From: an uncultured Porphyrobacter sp.
Lineage (GTDB): Bacteria; Pseudomonadota; Alphaproteobacteria; Sphingomonadales; Sphingomonadaceae
NCBI GenBank assembly: GCA_964594845.1
Contig: CAZQOO010000002.1
Coordinates: 2,819 to 66,818, forward strand
Length of the DNA: 64,000 nucleotides
Direction of reading: 5' to 3'
Numbering within the stretch: position 1 is the stretch's first letter; every line of letters begins with the position of its first letter. The notes under the pieces were generated by a model. It had not been told where the DNA came from, ran no database searches, and worked only from the letters and a program-made list of their open reading frames with translations. A program made the translations under genes and the position numbers. Below, in pieces: positions 9,751 to 18,299 of the stretch.

Positions 9751-10223
9751 GCACGACTGCAAGGCTCGCGCCTGGCCAGCTTTCGGCCAATTTCACACTG
9801 GCGGAGATGATCCTGTCGCGCACCGCGCACCGTCGCGGCATCGACAACACGCCGCCGCCCGCGGCTGTCACGGCTCTGCGCGCTCTGGCACAGAACGTGC
9901 TGCAGCCGGTACGCGATCATTTTGGCCGCCCGGTGATCGTCACCAGTGGCTTTCGCGCACCCGCGCTGAACCGCGCGATCGGTGGCAGTGCAAGTAGCCA
10001 GCACACGCTGGGCGAAGCGGCCGACTTTACCGTTGCCGGTGTCAGCAATCTTCAGGTCGCGCGCTGGATCGTGGCCAACCTCCCGTTCGATCAGCTGATT
10101 TATGAGTTCGGCGAAGGCGGGTGGCTGCATGTGTCCTACCGCGCCGGGAGACTTCGCAGGCAGATCCTGCGCGCCGAAAAGCGCGATGGCCGGACAGTCT
10201 ATCTGGCGGGGCTGCCTTCGTGA
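9747..10223 (+). CDS. Endolysin, peptidase M15 (Zn D-Ala-D-Ala peptidase) type
   Basis: LSANFTLAEM, SGFRAPALNRAIGG, SQHTLGEAAD, WLHVS zinc-ligand motifs. Confidence 0.9.
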   Translation: MSTTARLAPGQLSANFTLAEMILSRTAHRRGIDNTPPPAAVTALRALAQNVLQPVRDHFGRPVIVTSGFRAPALNRAIGGSASSQHTLGEAADFTVAGVSNLQVARWIVANLPFDQLIYEFGEGGWLHVSYRAGRLRRQILRAEKRDGRTVYLAGLPS

Positions 10224-10831
10224 ACCGGGTCCGCGAATGGATCATCGCCAACCTGCTGATCATCGTCGCCGTACTGGCGGCGGTGATGACCGTGGCGACG
10301 ATCGCCCAGACCATCCGCATCAATGGCCTGCGCGTCGACCTGCCGCTGGTGCCCGCGTTCGGGCCCAAGGGCCTGATCGCCGAACGGGATGAGGCGCGCC
10401 AGCAGCTCGCCGACTTCAAGCGCGCCCGGGATCTGGCCAACCAGCGCGCCCAGGCGGCCCGCGCGGCCGACGAAGCCGACATCGCCCAACGATCAAGGAA
10501 CACTGACCATGCCATATCCCAAAGCGCGGCGCTCGCTGCTGGCGCTACCGAGCGCTTCATTGCTGCTGGCGGCCTGCCAGACCCCGTTTGCTGTCCCCGC
10601 CGACCCGCTGCCGCCGACCCGATTCACAGCGCCGGAAGCGGTGCGCCCGTGCATCCGGCGCCCCAGCTGGATGGAGCCTCGCCCTTGCCCCCAGTTCCCG
10701 AAACCGGACCAGCCTTCGAAACCGGAATCGTAAGGGTCACCGCCGAGGACGTCCGGATCTGCACCGGCAACACGATCATCGCCGAGGAAACCCGCGATCT
10801 TCTGCTGGGGCTGGAGGCGCGATCACCCTGA
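10220..10831 (+). CDS. Inner-membrane spanin (Rz-like)
   Basis: N-terminal TM helix then a coiled-coil-like Ala/Arg/Gln region; directly after the endolysin. Confidence 0.7.
   Translation: MNRVREWIIANLLIIVAVLAAVMTVATIAQTIRINGLRVDLPLVPAFGPKGLIAERDEARQQLADFKRARDLANQRAQAARAADEADIAQRSRNTDHAISQSAALAAGATERFIAAGGLPDPVCCPRRPAAADPIHSAGSGAPVHPAPQLDGASPLPPVPETGPAFETGIVRVTAEDVRICTGNTIIAEETRDLLLGLEARSP
10509..10733 (+). CDS. Outer-membrane spanin lipoprotein (Rz1-like), embedded in the +1 frame
   Basis: MPYPKARRSLLALPSASLLLAAC lipobox, Pro-rich mature part with Cys, AAGGA RBS. Confidence 0.7.
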   Translation: MPYPKARRSLLALPSASLLLAACQTPFAVPADPLPPTRFTAPEAVRPCIRRPSWMEPRPCPQFPKPDQPSKPES

Positions 10832-10919
10832 TGAATTGCCCGCCCCGCAGCAAAACACTGCACGTGGCCCGCCCGACAAACCGGCAAGTTTTGCGCCGAA
10901 GTATCAAAAGGAAATCCCC

Positions 10920-11468
10920 ATGCTCCAATTCTCCACCGCCGCCCGCAACGCCAGCCTTGAAGGCATCGAAACCGCCATCGGCGCCAGCCCGACGCTGCGC
11001 ATCCGCACCGGCGCTGCGCCTGCCAACCCTGCCGCCGCGCGCACCGGCACCATCCTTGCCGAAGTGCCGCTGGCGGCCAATGCCTGGGCCGATGCGGCCA
11101 ATGGCTCGAAGGCGCTCAATGTGCCGGCCAGCGATGTGCTGGCGCTGGCGACCGGGCAGGCGGGCCATTTCGAGGTGATGCAAGGCGCAACCTGCCACCT
11201 TCAGGGGCTTGTCAGCGCAGGCTGGATGGCGAGCACGGCTTATGCCGCAGGCGCGACCGTTCATGCCAACGGCAATGTCTACCGCGCCACCGTGGGCGGC
11301 ACCACCGGCACCGTCGCGCCCAGCCACACCACCGGCACCGCGACCGATGGCGGGGTGACCTGGGAGTTCGTCCAGGTTGGCACCGACATGACCTTGCCGC
11401 TGCTGACCATCGTCGAAGGCCAGCCCGTGCGGCTGACCGCGCTGACCCTCAACGCGCTGGGCGCGTAA
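10920..11468 (+). CDS. Virion structural protein with an inserted carbohydrate-binding-like module
   Basis: MLQFSTAARNASLEGIETAIG...; internal WMASTAYAAGATVHANGNVYRAT...DGGVTWEF resembles CBM5/12-like repeats. Confidence 0.6.
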   Translation: MLQFSTAARNASLEGIETAIGASPTLRIRTGAAPANPAAARTGTILAEVPLAANAWADAANGSKALNVPASDVLALATGQAGHFEVMQGATCHLQGLVSAGWMASTAYAAGATVHANGNVYRATVGGTTGTVAPSHTTGTATDGGVTWEFVQVGTDMTLPLLTIVEGQPVRLTALTLNALGA

Positions 11469-11482
11469 CGGGGGCAGGCGCG

Positions 11483-11755
11483 ATGTTCCGCGATCTTTAC
11501 CTGCGCGCCGATGACGAAGCGGCGATGAACGCCGCCCTCGTTTCGGCGGGGGTCATCGGCAGCGAGGGCCAGCCTGCCGAGGGCGTGGCCGTGGATGTGA
11601 TCGGGCCGATCGTGCGCTTCATCGATGGTGAGCCGGAAACCCTGCCCGGTTGGCACGTCAACGTGAGAGCCTGGGGGCTTGCTGACGATCAGATCGCGGC
11701 GCTGGCGGGTGTGAGCATCCCCGAGCCTGCCAATCCGTTCCGGGTGTTCGCATGA
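11483..11755 (+). CDS. Hypothetical phage protein (fibre-associated)
   Basis: DLYLRA...GWHVNVR...PANPFRVFA; ATGA overlap with the next gene. Confidence 0.65.
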   Translation: MFRDLYLRADDEAAMNAALVSAGVIGSEGQPAEGVAVDVIGPIVRFIDGEPETLPGWHVNVRAWGLADDQIAALAGVSIPEPANPFRVFA

Positions 11756-14202
11756 GCTGGCTGCCGTGGGCCGATCTGCCGCCGAGCAGCCTGCTTATGG
11801 ACCTGACGCAGCTTGATACCGTGCTGGTGCGCGGGCCGGGTGACACGACGCTGCGTTCGCGGCTGCTGTCGTCGTTCTGGCAATTCTCGCGGGCGAGCGC
11901 GGCCACGTTCATCGGCAGCGACGGGTTGATCCAGCTTACCCCGCAGTCGCGGAACCTGTTCGTTTGGTCGCAGGATTTCGACAACGCAGCTTGGACGAAA
12001 ACCAACTGCGCTGTGACGCCGGATCAGGCCCCGGCTCCCGATGGTTCGCAGAGTGCCGACATGCTGATCGCAAATGCGGGCACATTCGCACCGCAGATGG
12101 CTCAGGGCTCCGTAGGCACCGTCAACGGCACCACCTACAACACCTCGTTTTTCGTGGCCCCCGACTGGCCGTTCGTGCAGCTTGCGGTGAACGGCCAGAA
12201 TGCCGACTTCTGCAACTTCACCTTGTCCGGTGCCGGAAGCGTGCAGAACAACGGTGGCGCTGTCGGCAGCATCTCCTTCGACGCGGCGACGGGGTTCTAC
12301 CGCATCGCCATGACCTACACGGCAGGCGGCACTGACCGCCGCCCTATTCTGGCGCTGGTTCCCTCCGGCACGGCAACGCGCTTCCAGACGAGGACGTGGG
12401 CGGGCACCGAATGGGTGACGATCTGGGGTGCGCAACTTGAGGTCGTTCCCAACGCCAACCTTGTGCTTGGGCCGGAGTTGGTCACGAATGGCGACTTCTC
12501 TCAAGGGTCTACCGGGTGGACGCAAACTCCCGCTGTTGGCTCTTTTGAAGGAGGTGTTTTTTCTACGGCAGGCGCAAACACAACTCTCGCGCAGAATTCT
12601 ATTCTGAGTTCTGGCCGCACTTACCGTCTTTCGTTTGATATCGTCAGCAGGGCTTCAGGCACACTCTTTTCTGCGTTCGGCGCTCATACAAGCATTGGTG
12701 CGCTTTCCGGTTTATTTATGGCCTCCTCGGCTAACCTTAGTTTTGCATTTACTGGGGTGCCCGTGTTGTCCGTCGACAACGTATCTGTGCGCGAAGTCAC
12801 CAGCATCATCGGCATGCCCACCGCCTACACCCGCAACGCGGGCGGCCTGTTCCCGCCTCGCATCGACCACGATCCGGTGACGCTCGCGCCGCGCGGCCTG
12901 CTGATCGAAGGCTGGCGCACCAACCTGCTGCTCAACTCGCTGCTCAACGGCGCGAACCTTGCAACACAAAACGTGACCGTGACGGCGACGGCGCACACGC
13001 TGTCGTTTTATGGCACCGGCACGGTCACGCTTTCGGGCGCGCATTCGGCGACGGTCAACGGCACCGGGGCCTATCCGCAGCGCACCACGCTGACCTTCAC
13101 GCCGTCCGCTGGCACACTCATCGTTACGGTAAGCGGAACGGTGCAATTTGCGCAGCTTGAGGCTGGCGCTTCCGCCTCGTCCTTCATCCCCACCGGGGCC
13201 TCGCAAGTGACGCGGGTGGTCGATAACGCCGCAATCACCGGCACCAACCTAAGCGACTGGTTCAATCAAGGCCCCGGCACGTTCCTTGCTGAAGCATTCG
13301 TTCCGCACGCCGTCGACGTCTACGTCTGGTCAACTGGAGGCAACCGCATCGCGTTGCGACGGAACAATCCAAATCTAGTGACGCTCTACAACCGTATCGG
13401 TGGGAGCTTCGACGCTAACCTCGGTCTGACCGGCAACCCGTTCCAAGGAACCTTTAGGGCCGCCACGGCTGTTCAAAGCGGCAGCAGCGCGATTTCGGCA
13501 GGCGCTGGCACACTAGCCACCAACTCAGGTGCCTTCACCGTCAGCGAGAACCAACTTTTTCTCGGTTCACTGGGTGGTGGGTCACATCTCTTCGGCCACA
13601 TCCGCCGCATCCAATACTGGCCGACCCGCCTCACCAACGCGCAGCTTCAGACCATTTCCGGCCCGCAGCCGACCAGCATCGCCACCGCCAGCGCATCGGG
13701 CAGCGTGCCCCTGACAGGCACGGCCAGCAGTCTTGCGATCGCTGCGGCCAGTGCCTTCGGTCCTTTGCCGCTTGAAGGCACCGCTGCCGCCGTCCCCGTA
13801 GCCTCTGCCGCAGCAGCCGCGCCGCTGCCGCTTGAAGGCACCGCTCTGGCCGATCTGATCGCGGCAGCTGCGGCCAGCGCCTTCCTGCCGCTGGCCGGAT
13901 CGGGCTCTGCGGCGGCTGTTGCCGCGGCGCGGGCATCGGGCGTGCTGCCGCTTGGCGGGGCTGCGCTGGCCGATCTGGTCGCCGATGCTGCCGCGATCGG
14001 GCTGATCCCGCTGGAAGGTTCCGCCTTTGCCGATCTTATTGCGCTGGCCGACGCGCAGGGCGCGTTGCCGCTGTCCGGTTCAGCCAACCTGCGGATGTTC
14101 CGTCCGGCGCCGAAGATCCGCTTCACCGTGCCGGTCGCCCCGCGCCGCTTCACCGTGGAGGCATCGCCGCGCCGCTTCCTCGTCCCGCCTGCCGCCCGCT
14201 GA
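11752..14202 (+). CDS. Second fibre/spike protein with lectin-like (ConA/LamG-type) modules and C-terminal 20-aa repeats
   Basis: FSRASAATF, PRIDHDPVTLAPRGLLIEGWRTNLL, WGAQLE/FAQLE, GHIRRIQYWPTRLTNAQLQ. Confidence 0.7.
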   Translation: MSWLPWADLPPSSLLMDLTQLDTVLVRGPGDTTLRSRLLSSFWQFSRASAATFIGSDGLIQLTPQSRNLFVWSQDFDNAAWTKTNCAVTPDQAPAPDGSQSADMLIANAGTFAPQMAQGSVGTVNGTTYNTSFFVAPDWPFVQLAVNGQNADFCNFTLSGAGSVQNNGGAVGSISFDAATGFYRIAMTYTAGGTDRRPILALVPSGTATRFQTRTWAGTEWVTIWGAQLEVVPNANLVLGPELVTNGDFSQGSTGWTQTPAVGSFEGGVFSTAGANTTLAQNSILSSGRTYRLSFDIVSRASGTLFSAFGAHTSIGALSGLFMASSANLSFAFTGVPVLSVDNVSVREVTSIIGMPTAYTRNAGGLFPPRIDHDPVTLAPRGLLIEGWRTNLLLNSLLNGANLATQNVTVTATAHTLSFYGTGTVTLSGAHSATVNGTGAYPQRTTLTFTPSAGTLIVTVSGTVQFAQLEAGASASSFIPTGASQVTRVVDNAAITGTNLSDWFNQGPGTFLAEAFVPHAVDVYVWSTGGNRIALRRNNPNLVTLYNRIGGSFDANLGLTGNPFQGTFRAATAVQSGSSAISAGAGTLATNSGAFTVSENQLFLGSLGGGSHLFGHIRRIQYWPTRLTNAQLQTISGPQPTSIATASASGSVPLTGTASSLAIAAASAFGPLPLEGTAAAVPVASAAAAAPLPLEGTALADLIAAAAASAFLPLAGSGSAAAVAAARASGVLPLGGAALADLVADAAAIGLIPLEGSAFADLIALADAQGALPLSGSANLRMFRPAPKIRFTVPVAPRRFTVEASPRRFLVPPAAR

Positions 14203-14214
14203 AAGGAGCCCCCG

Positions 14215-14502
14215 ATGTCGCACAGCTTCACCGCCCCGCCCAAAGACCCGAGCGCCACGCTTGATTACGAAATGGACTGGAGCCCGTGGCTTTCGGCCGG
14301 AGAAACCATCCTGCCCGGCCCGCAAGTCATCGCCGAACCGACCGATCTGGCGGTCAGCTTCATCGAGGTCGACGGCGCAATCGTCCGCTGGCGCGCAAGC
14401 GGCGGGGCGCTGGGCCAGAGCTATCTGATCACCGTGCGCATCGAGACGACGGCGGGACAGGTGGATGAACGCACCGTGCGCCTTCGAATTCGCAACAGGT
14501 AA
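14215..14502 (+). CDS. Putative fibre adaptor protein
   Basis: KDPSATLDYEMDWSPWL...GG..GQSYLITVRIETTAGQVDERT pattern typical of small virion adaptors. Confidence 0.65.
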   Translation: MSHSFTAPPKDPSATLDYEMDWSPWLSAGETILPGPQVIAEPTDLAVSFIEVDGAIVRWRASGGALGQSYLITVRIETTAGQVDERTVRLRIRNR

Positions 14503-14506
14503 ATCG

Positions 14507-15085
14507 ATGATCAAACCCGCCCCGCAGGAAGACATTCCCGCCGATCTTTCCAGCCTTATCCGGATCGGAACCGTGCTTTCGGTCGATCTGGGTGAGGCCC
14601 GCTGCATTGTGCGCTTCGGTGATCCCGACGATCCGCAGCCTGCGCAAACCACCCCGATCCGCTGGCTTTCACCCCGTGCGGGGCTGACCCGTGTCTGGTC
14701 ACCCCCCAGTGTCGGCGAACAGGTGCTGCTGTTGTGCCCGGACGGCCAGATCGGGGCGGCGGTGGCGATCACCGGGATCGCGCAGGATTCCTTCCCTCCG
14801 CTCGGCACGACCACCGCCGAAATGATCGAGTTCGCCGACGGGGCGAAGATCAGCTACGATCCCGAAGCTTCCTCCCTGACCGCCGAGCTGCCCGCAGGAG
14901 GCACTGCCGAAATCATCGCCGATGGCGGGATCACCCTGCGCGGTGACGTGACGATCGAGGGCAACCTCTCGGTCAGCCAGACGGTGACAGCCGAACAGGA
15001 TGTAGTCGCCGATGGAATCAGCCTGAAGACCCACAAGCACGGGCAGGTGCAGGCGGGCATGGCGCAATCGGGCGTGCCGGTGTGA
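14507..15085 (+). CDS. Baseplate spike protein V
   Basis: LIRIGTVLSVD, RAG...WSPPSVGEQV, FADGA.ISYD, ISLKTHKHG. Confidence 0.95.
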   Translation: MIKPAPQEDIPADLSSLIRIGTVLSVDLGEARCIVRFGDPDDPQPAQTTPIRWLSPRAGLTRVWSPPSVGEQVLLLCPDGQIGAAVAITGIAQDSFPPLGTTTAEMIEFADGAKISYDPEASSLTAELPAGGTAEIIADGGITLRGDVTIEGNLSVSQTVTAEQDVVADGISLKTHKHGQVQAGMAQSGVPV

Positions 15086-15087
15086 TC

Positions 15088-15459
15088 TCAGCGCTTGCAG
15101 TCGCGGGCCACGACGCCGCGGTTGTCCCAGTCGCTGCGGTAAACCGCCTGCCGCCGCGCCAGCATGGTGCAGGCAACGTTGCGCCTGCCGACATAGACCG
15201 CGGCGATCGTGCGACCGTAGCGGTCTTTGCCCAGGCGGGTGATCTTCAGCCTCTTTCCTTCGACCAGGTCAGCCAGCTGGCGGCGCGCTGCGGCACCATC
15301 CCCCTGCACACAGCGCCGCTCTGGCCTGCAACGGCTTGTCTCGGGCGCATCAATTCCGCTAAGCCTGATGCGCTCGACCGCGCCATCCTCCCGGGTGCAG
15401 CGCAGCGTGTCGCCATCGATCGCCAGACAGGTCAGGACAAGGGCGGCGGCAGCAAGCAT
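15088..15459 (-). CDS. Thermonuclease (SNase-like), moron
   Basis: IDGDTL, RIRLSGIDAPE, DRYGRT catalytic motifs; short hydrophobic N-terminus. Confidence 0.9.
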   Translation of the reverse strand: MLAAAALVLTCLAIDGDTLRCTREDGAVERIRLSGIDAPETSRCRPERRCVQGDGAAARRQLADLVEGKRLKITRLGKDRYGRTIAAVYVGRRNVACTMLARRQAVYRSDWDNRGVVARDCKR

Positions 15460-15474
15460 TCTCCCAGCCTAGTC

Positions 15475-15493
15475 GGTTAAAGCCGCTTCCACC
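15475..15493 (+). promoter_or_regulatory. Putative Ogr-type late promoter site upstream of the W gene
   Basis: GGTTAAAGCCGCTTCCACC, 48 nt before ATG 15542. Confidence 0.65.
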
Positions 15494-15541
15494 ACCCCGC
15501 GTGCTGGCGTTGCGCGCGCGAAGCGCGTTTCCCTCGCTCCC

Positions 15542-15913
15542 ATGCAAGGCATGGATGTCTCGACCGGAAAGCCGATCGGCGATGAAGCGCATCTGGCGCA
15601 ATCGATCGCTGACATCCTCTCCACCCCGCTGGGAAGCCGCGTGATGCGGCGCGATTACGGCTCGCTGCTGTTCGAGCTGATCGACAAGCCCATCAACGGC
15701 GCGATCCGCATGCTGCTGCAGGCGGCCACCGCCATTGCGCTGCGCCGGTGGGAGCCCCGCCTGCGCCTGACCCGTGTCACACTGTCCGGCGAGCCCTCGG
15801 CGGGACGCCTGACCCTGCGCATCGAAGGGCAGCGCACCGATCTGCCGCCTTCCAACTCGCTCACCACTCTCACGATCCCGATCGACAGCCGTCCCCAGTC
15901 AGCGCTGCGGTAG
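15542..15913 (+). CDS. Baseplate wedge protein W (gp25-like)
   Basis: HLAQSIADILSTPLGSRVMRRDYGS, WEPRL. Confidence 0.95.
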   Translation: MQGMDVSTGKPIGDEAHLAQSIADILSTPLGSRVMRRDYGSLLFELIDKPINGAIRMLLQAATAIALRRWEPRLRLTRVTLSGEPSAGRLTLRIEGQRTDLPPSNSLTTLTIPIDSRPQSALR

Positions 15914-15933
15914 GAAAGAAAGGACGCAAGACC

Positions 15934-17097
15934 ATGACCCACGGCCTCACGATTACCGAATCCGCTTCCGGCCCCCGATCGCTGGGGCTTGTCAGCCTTG
16001 CCGTGATCGGCATCGTTGCGACCGCATCGGCCCCGGCAGGTGCAGCAACGGCGGCGCTGGACGAAGCATTCCCGCTCAACACTCCGGTGCTGATCACTGG
16101 CGGGGTGGACATCGCTGCCGGCAAGGCTGGCGACAGTGGCACGCTCGGCCCGGTGCTGCGCGCTATCGGCGATCAGGCGAGCCCGGTGGTGGTCGTGGTG
16201 CGGGTGGCCGAAGGTGCAGACCAGGCCGAAACCGACGCCAACGTGATCGGATCGACCGACGGCGCGACCTTCACCGGGCTTCAGGCGCTCGCCAATGCCG
16301 AGCAGCGGCTTGGCGTGAAGCCCCAGATTCTCGGCGCACCCGGCCTCGATAGCCAGGTGGTGGTCGAAGAACTGGTGAGCGTCGCCAAGAAGCTGCGCGG
16401 CTTCGTTTATGCCGCCGCGCAGGGTGACGATGTTGCCGAAGCACTGACCTACCGCGAAAACTTCGGCCACCGCGAGCTGATGCTGATCTGGCCGGGCACC
16501 AATTCGGAATTCGATGGCGATATCGTTGCCCGTGCGCTGGGCCTGCGCGCCCAGATCGATGAACGGGTGGGCTGGCACAAGACGATCAGCAACGTTCCGC
16601 TGGTGGGTGTCACCGGGCTCGACCGCGATGTCAGCTTCGATCTCACCGATCCCAGCACTGACGCCGGGGTTCTGAACGATGGCGAGATCACCACGATCAT
16701 CCGGCAGACCGGCTTCCGCCTGTGGGGCAACCGCACCACGGCTGACCCGCTGACCAACCCCAGCTTCGTGTTCGAAAGCGCGGTGCGCACCAGCCATGCG
16801 CTGCAGGAAATCGTCGGCCAGATTGTGAGCCCGTTCATCGATCAGCCGATCACCAGCGGCCTGATCAAGGATCTTCTGGAAACCGGCAACGCCCGCTTCC
16901 GCCAGCTGGCGGTGCAGGGCGTGATCCAGGGCGCGGAAATGTTCTTCGACCCCGACCAGAACAGCGCGCAGGAACTGGCGGCAGGCCGCCCGCGCTTCCG
17001 CATCCAGTTCACCCCGGTGGCACCGCTCGAAAACCCCAACGTCGATCTGGTGATCACCGATTTCTACTACACCGATTTCGCGGACCAGCTGGTCTGA
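15934..17097 (+). CDS. Tail sheath protein (FI)
   Basis: FPLNTPVLI, KPQILGAPG, GWHKTISN, GFRLWGNRT. Confidence 0.95.
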   Translation: MTHGLTITESASGPRSLGLVSLAVIGIVATASAPAGAATAALDEAFPLNTPVLITGGVDIAAGKAGDSGTLGPVLRAIGDQASPVVVVVRVAEGADQAETDANVIGSTDGATFTGLQALANAEQRLGVKPQILGAPGLDSQVVVEELVSVAKKLRGFVYAAAQGDDVAEALTYRENFGHRELMLIWPGTNSEFDGDIVARALGLRAQIDERVGWHKTISNVPLVGVTGLDRDVSFDLTDPSTDAGVLNDGEITTIIRQTGFRLWGNRTTADPLTNPSFVFESAVRTSHALQEIVGQIVSPFIDQPITSGLIKDLLETGNARFRQLAVQGVIQGAEMFFDPDQNSAQELAAGRPRFRIQFTPVAPLENPNVDLVITDFYYTDFADQLV

Positions 17098-17130
17098 TCC
17101 TTTCCCGCCCCCGTTTAGGAGACACCCGCC

Positions 17131-17640
17131 ATGGGCATCCCGAAGAAACTGAAAAACCTCACTGCCCACGTCGATGGCGTGAACTACATCGGCCAGGTCG
17201 TGGAATTCGAAGAGCCGCCCCTGGCACTTCAGACCGAAGAATACCGCGGCGGCGGGATGATCGGCCCTGTGATGATCGACATGGGTTTGCAGGCCATGTC
17301 GGCAACGCTGAAGATGGGCGGCCATGTGGTCGAGCTGATGCGCAAGTTCGGCACCACCCGCGTCGACGGGGTGCGCGTGCGCCTTACCGGTGCCTACCAG
17401 CGCGACGACACGGGCGAGGTCGAGGTGGTCGAAAGCTACATCGGTGGGCGCTTCAGCGAGATCGGGACCGGCACGGCCAAGCCGGGTGACGACACCGAGC
17501 ACGATTACACCGTGCCCCTGTCCTATTACCGCCGCGTGGTGAACGGGCGGGTCGAAGTCGAGATCGACATGATCGCCGGCACCTTCATCGTCGATGGCAT
17601 CGATCGTTACGGTGAAATCATGGCAGCATTGCAGGGTTAG
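17131..17640 (+). CDS. Tail tube protein (FII)
   Basis: MGIPKKLKN, EYRGGGM, GAYQRDDTGEV. Confidence 0.95.
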   Translation: MGIPKKLKNLTAHVDGVNYIGQVVEFEEPPLALQTEEYRGGGMIGPVMIDMGLQAMSATLKMGGHVVELMRKFGTTRVDGVRVRLTGAYQRDDTGEVEVVESYIGGRFSEIGTGTAKPGDDTEHDYTVPLSYYRRVVNGRVEVEIDMIAGTFIVDGIDRYGEIMAALQG

Positions 17641-17808
17641 CCAGCCCCCCGGTGACCGGCGCTGTGCGGGGCGGCCGGTCAGCGGATGGGGCGGGACGGT
17701 CAATTCCCCCCAAGGACACTCCAGGCCGTCCCGCCCCGCTTTCGCCCCGCATTTTTCCCGCGCTGCCGCTTAGACGCTTGAGCGCGATGAACACAAGGAA
17801 CGCCCCGC

Positions 17809-18159
17809 ATGGCAGACACAGCAACCACCCCGCCCGCCGATACCAACCGCTTCGAGACGATCACCCTGTCCGAACCGATCACCCGCGGCGAACAGACAAT
17901 CGAAAAGATCACGCTGCGCAAGCCCCGCGCAGGCGAGCTGCGCGGGCTTAACCTGCAGCAGCTGATCAGCGTTGATGTCGGGGCGATCCTCCAGCTGGTC
18001 CCGCGCATCAGCGAACCCGTGCTGACTGCCGACGAATGCGCCAACCTCGATCCTGCCGATCTCACTGAAATCGGAGGCACGGTGCGCGGTTTTTTTATGA
18101 CAGCAGCGGAACGCCGGGTGCTGGAAGCGATGATCGCGGAACAACAGCCGAAGACCTGA
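17809..18159 (+). CDS. Tail assembly chaperone (gpE)
   Basis: PITRGEQTI..ITLRKP.AGELRGL, LDPADL; T7 slippery run near the 3' end. Confidence 0.9.
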   Translation: MADTATTPPADTNRFETITLSEPITRGEQTIEKITLRKPRAGELRGLNLQQLISVDVGAILQLVPRISEPVLTADECANLDPADLTEIGGTVRGFFMTAAERRVLEAMIAEQQPKT

Positions 18160-18299
18160 TGGCCGAAATCGCCGCCATCTTTCACTGGCCGCTGAGCGAA
18201 CTCAAGGCGCTCGACATGGATGAACTGGTGGAATGGCGGGACCGGGCCGTGCGGTGGTGGAACCGGGTCAACGCGGCCCCCAAAGGTAGCGCACGATGA
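18159..18299 (+). CDS. gpE' extension (reached by -1 frameshift from gpE)
   Basis: MAEIAAIFHWPLSELKALDMDELVEWRDRA; the -1 frame is open from 18090 to 18299. Confidence 0.85.
   Translation: MAEIAAIFHWPLSELKALDMDELVEWRDRAVRWWNRVNAAPKGSAR

Noticed and set aside
7424-14202. Diversity-generating retroelement or invertible fibre cassette
   Set aside because: No reverse transcriptase, no TR/VR pair and no flanking inverted repeats seen; the only recombinase is a large integrase-type enzyme.
5927-15913. Split baseplate order (J-I-H before V-W) as a novelty
   Set aside because: As I recall, this order also occurs in other P2-like phages outside the enterobacteria, so it is not by itself new.
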